Position numbers and translations under genes: made by a program
The notes under the pieces: generated by a model
Database searches by the model: none
What the model was told of the DNA's origin: nothing
Seen by the model: the letters and a program-made list of their open reading frames with translations, nothing else
Origin: Tagaea sp.
Lineage (GTDB): Bacteria; Pseudomonadota; Alphaproteobacteria; CACIAM-22H2
Assembly (NCBI GenBank): GCA_965229215.1
Contig: OZ245864.1
Coordinates: 4,119,552-4,183,551 of the forward strand
Direction of reading: 5' to 3'
Length of the DNA stretch: 64,000 nucleotides
In this document: positions 61,488 to 64,000 of the stretch, in pieces
How the letters are laid out: each line of letters starts with the position of its first letter
Numbering within the stretch: position 1 is the stretch's first letter

Positions 61488-62515
61488 ATCCGATCAAGGC
61501 GCCGCGCCGGCGCCAATCCGACAAGCTCGCCGTGCCGACCGTCGGCCGGGCGCCGATGCTGCTCGGCGTGCGGCGCGGCGCGATCGTCGAGATCGCGGCC
61601 TTCCTGATCGTGGCGCTGGCGATCGACTTCGCGTTCCTCGATTTCGACAGGTTTGCCAGCCTGTCGCCGCATCCGTTCTGGATGATCGTGATCCTGTGCG
61701 CGGTCCAGTACGGAACCACCGAAGGACTGGTCGCGGCGGCGGCGGCGAGCGCTGCCCTGCTGATCGGCAACCTTCCGCCACCGAAATTCGACCAGGATCT
61801 GTACCAGTGGCTTCTGGTGGCGACGTTGCAGCCGCTGCTGTGGGTCGTCGCGGCCGTGATCTTCGGCGAACTCCAGGGGCGTGTCCGACGCGAGCGCGAT
61901 GTCCTGCGCGAGGAAGTCCTGCAGTCGCGCAAACGCGAGGAAGTCGTCGCGGCGGCATATCGCAAGCTCGACGCGCGGCGCGAAAATCTCGAGGCGCGCG
62001 TGGCCGGGCAGCTTCGCACGGTCTTCGCGATCTACAATGCCGCCAAGGGCATCGAGCACATGGCGACAGACGACGTGCAGGCTGGCGTGTCAGAGCTTGT
62101 CCGGACGGTCATGAGCCCGCGCCGTTTTTCGCTGTTCCTGCTTTCCGGCGAGGCGCTCAACCTTGCGATCAGCGAGGGATGGGATGAGTCCGAGACGGTC
62201 TACGCGCGCGCCTTCGACGGCCAGTCGCGCCTGTTCCAGGCCGTCGTGGGATCGCATCGCACGCTCGTCGCCGCCGTCGCCGAGGACGAGGCGATTCTGG
62301 GCGGCGAGGGTCTGCTCGCCGGCCCATTGCTCAATCTCGATTCCGGCGAAGTGATCGGCATGCTGAAAATCGAGGAAATGGGATTCCTCGACCTGTCGGT
62401 TACGTCGATCGAGAATTTCCGCCTGCTGTGCGAGTGGATCGGAACCGCCTATGCGCAGGCACGGCGCTTCGAAAGCGCCATGCACGGCATCGATTCCGGC
62501 GGAGCGAGGCCGTGA
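61475..62515 (+). CDS. pelD: PelD-like membrane protein (TM, coiled coil, GAF; no GGDEF)
   Basis: PHPFW..V...AVQYG, FGEL, coiled coil, GAF ending GMLKIEEMGF; protein ends soon after GAF. Confidence 0.7.
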   Translation: MADVDPIKAPRRRQSDKLAVPTVGRAPMLLGVRRGAIVEIAAFLIVALAIDFAFLDFDRFASLSPHPFWMIVILCAVQYGTTEGLVAAAAASAALLIGNLPPPKFDQDLYQWLLVATLQPLLWVVAAVIFGELQGRVRRERDVLREEVLQSRKREEVVAAAYRKLDARRENLEARVAGQLRTVFAIYNAAKGIEHMATDDVQAGVSELVRTVMSPRRFSLFLLSGEALNLAISEGWDESETVYARAFDGQSRLFQAVVGSHRTLVAAVAEDEAILGGEGLLAGPLLNLDSGEVIGMLKIEEMGFLDLSVTSIENFRLLCEWIGTAYAQARRFESAMHGIDSGGARP

Positions 62516-63633
62516 GCACCGCGACCGGAGACGACAGGCGACAGGGCCGCCGCAACCGCGAGCACGAGGAAATGCTCGCCCGACTGGCGCTGGTGGCGGG
62601 CTCTGCCCCAGTCGTCGAGACGGTGCTCTATTCGTCAGCGATGGCGGCGGCGACCGGATACGCGTGGTTCGCGGCTTCGCGGAACATATTCGGTTTCGTC
62701 GGTGTCCTTGCGGTCCATGGCGCCGTCTGCGCTGTGGGGCTGCTGTGGATCTGGACGGTTGTCCGGCGGTCGCGCGACCTACGGTTTCCTCTGCTCGCGG
62801 TCGGTTCGGCAACGGCCGTGGGGCCGTTCGGTGCGGCGGGCAGCGTGCTCTGCGCGCTGCTCTATGCGTGGTTCCGGCGCAGCACGACGAGCTTCGAGGA
62901 ATGGTACGCCGCCCTTTTCCCCGAACAGCAGAACGAGAGCGCCCGCACGCTATTCCAGGAGATCGTTTCCGAAGGGCGCGACGACGAAGTGGCGGCACAG
63001 TCGATCGCATCCTTCACCGACATCCTCGCCTTCGGTACGTTCGACCAGAAGCAGGCGCTGCTCGCGCTGATCGCGACCTATTTCCGCCCTGCCTTCGCGC
63101 CGGCCCTGAAGAGCGCGCTGGGGCATCCGGAACCGGCCATCCGCGTGCAGGCGGCCACCGCCGTGGCGCAGATCGAGCAGCGCTTCCTGCGCCGCTCGAT
63201 CGACCTCGACGCCGAGTTGGTGCGCAGGCCCCGTGATTTCCCGCTCGTCTTCGCTGCCGCCCGTCACTACGACGACTATGCCTTCACGGGCCTGCTTGAT
63301 CACGACCGTCAGGCAGAAAACCAGCGCCGGGCGATGAAGCTCTACAACGCGGCCCTGGAACTCGCACCCGAGGACGGACGGCTCGAATTCGGCATGGGAC
63401 GCCTGCTGGTCCGCATGGGCGAGTACCGGACCGCGGCGGATCTTCTCGCCAAGGCGGCCAATGCCGGGCGTCTGAAGCCGGGCGCGGCCGTCTGGTATCT
63501 CGAATGTCTCTTCCGGATCGGTGCGTTCGCGGACCTGCGGGATGCCGCCACCCGTATCGTGCCGCTGCTTGAAGGTGACGAGGGTGCCGACCCGCGCCTG
63601 CGTGAGGCGGCCCGCCTCTGGGCGCCGGTATAA
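62512..63633 (+). CDS. pelE: PelE-like membrane protein with HEAT/TPR repeats
   Basis: N-terminal TMs, LKSALGHPEPAIRVQAA HEAT repeat, YAFTGLLD, C-terminal TPRs; lies between pelD and pelF. Confidence 0.7.
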   Translation: MSTATGDDRRQGRRNREHEEMLARLALVAGSAPVVETVLYSSAMAAATGYAWFAASRNIFGFVGVLAVHGAVCAVGLLWIWTVVRRSRDLRFPLLAVGSATAVGPFGAAGSVLCALLYAWFRRSTTSFEEWYAALFPEQQNESARTLFQEIVSEGRDDEVAAQSIASFTDILAFGTFDQKQALLALIATYFRPAFAPALKSALGHPEPAIRVQAATAVAQIEQRFLRRSIDLDAELVRRPRDFPLVFAAARHYDDYAFTGLLDHDRQAENQRRAMKLYNAALELAPEDGRLEFGMGRLLVRMGEYRTAADLLAKAANAGRLKPGAAVWYLECLFRIGAFADLRDAATRIVPLLEGDEGADPRLREAARLWAPV

Positions 63634-63637
63634 GCCG

Positions 63638-64000
63638 ATGGCCGAATTCGAACCCGGAATCGACTTCAGGCGCGACGACGGCCCGGCCGACGTGTGTCTG
63701 CTTCTCGAGGGGACGTATCCCTACGTGTCGGGGGGCGTGTCGACCTGGGTGAACGACCTGATCCGCGCCCAACCGCATCTGCGTTTCCACTGCGTTGCTC
63801 TCCTCGCGGACCGCAAGGCGCGCGCATTCAAGTATCCGATCGCCGAAAACGTGCTTTCCCTCACGCATGTCTATCTCCAGCAGCCGCCGGCCGGCCCGAC
63901 CCACGCGCGCGGCATGCGCAGGCTGTTCCGCAGGCTCGAGCCGCTCATGCTCTCGATCCAGAGCCGGGGCGGGATCGGCGATCTTGCGGGGATTCTCTCG
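63638..64000 (+). CDS. pelF: PelF GT4 glycosyltransferase (5' part; runs off the window)
   Basis: Manual translation: MAEFEPGIDFRRDDGPADVCLLLEGTYPYVSGGVSTWVNDLIR, the PelF/DUF3492 signature. Confidence 0.9.
   Translation, partial: MAEFEPGIDFRRDDGPADVCLLLEGTYPYVSGGVSTWVNDLIRAQPHLRFHCVALLADRKARAFKYPIAENVLSLTHVYLQQPPAGPTHARGMRRLFRRLEPLMLSIQSRGGIGDLAGILS

Overview
A gene-dense, high-GC chromosomal window, most likely from an alphaproteobacterium (DUF3572, DUF2842, a SuhB-like sRNA and alpha-type promoter elements point that way). No rRNA, tRNA, CRISPR array, integrase or transposase was seen. Core blocks are xdhABC, queG-queA-tgt-queF, a Liv-type ABC transporter, nudC, ffs(SRP RNA)-dnaX-ybaB-recR-rmuC, psuG, arfB and hrpB. 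Two accessory systems stand out. (1) 39.8-48.8 kb: two convergent operons around a PTPS-IV (FGPAQ-type, non-QueD) enzyme, a reductase-only RibD, a zinc-free MDR dehydrogenase, GT4 and GT2 glycosyltransferases, methyltransferases, an LtaS/EptA-like membrane transferase and a CDP-alcohol phosphotransferase-FkbM fusion. This may make an unknown GTP/pterin-derived, lipid-linked envelope modification (inference). (2) 53.6-64 kb: a non-canonical Pel exopolysaccharide operon with split PelA, split PelB, no pelC in its usual place and a PelD lacking the GGDEF c-di-GMP module. Also noted: a rearranged YahG/FdrA/DUF2877 (AllFGH-like) trio, a diverged tandem pair of 2OG-Fe(II) oxygenases and several operator-like palindromes. 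All calls come from reading motifs by eye; no database searches were run and start codons were chosen manually.
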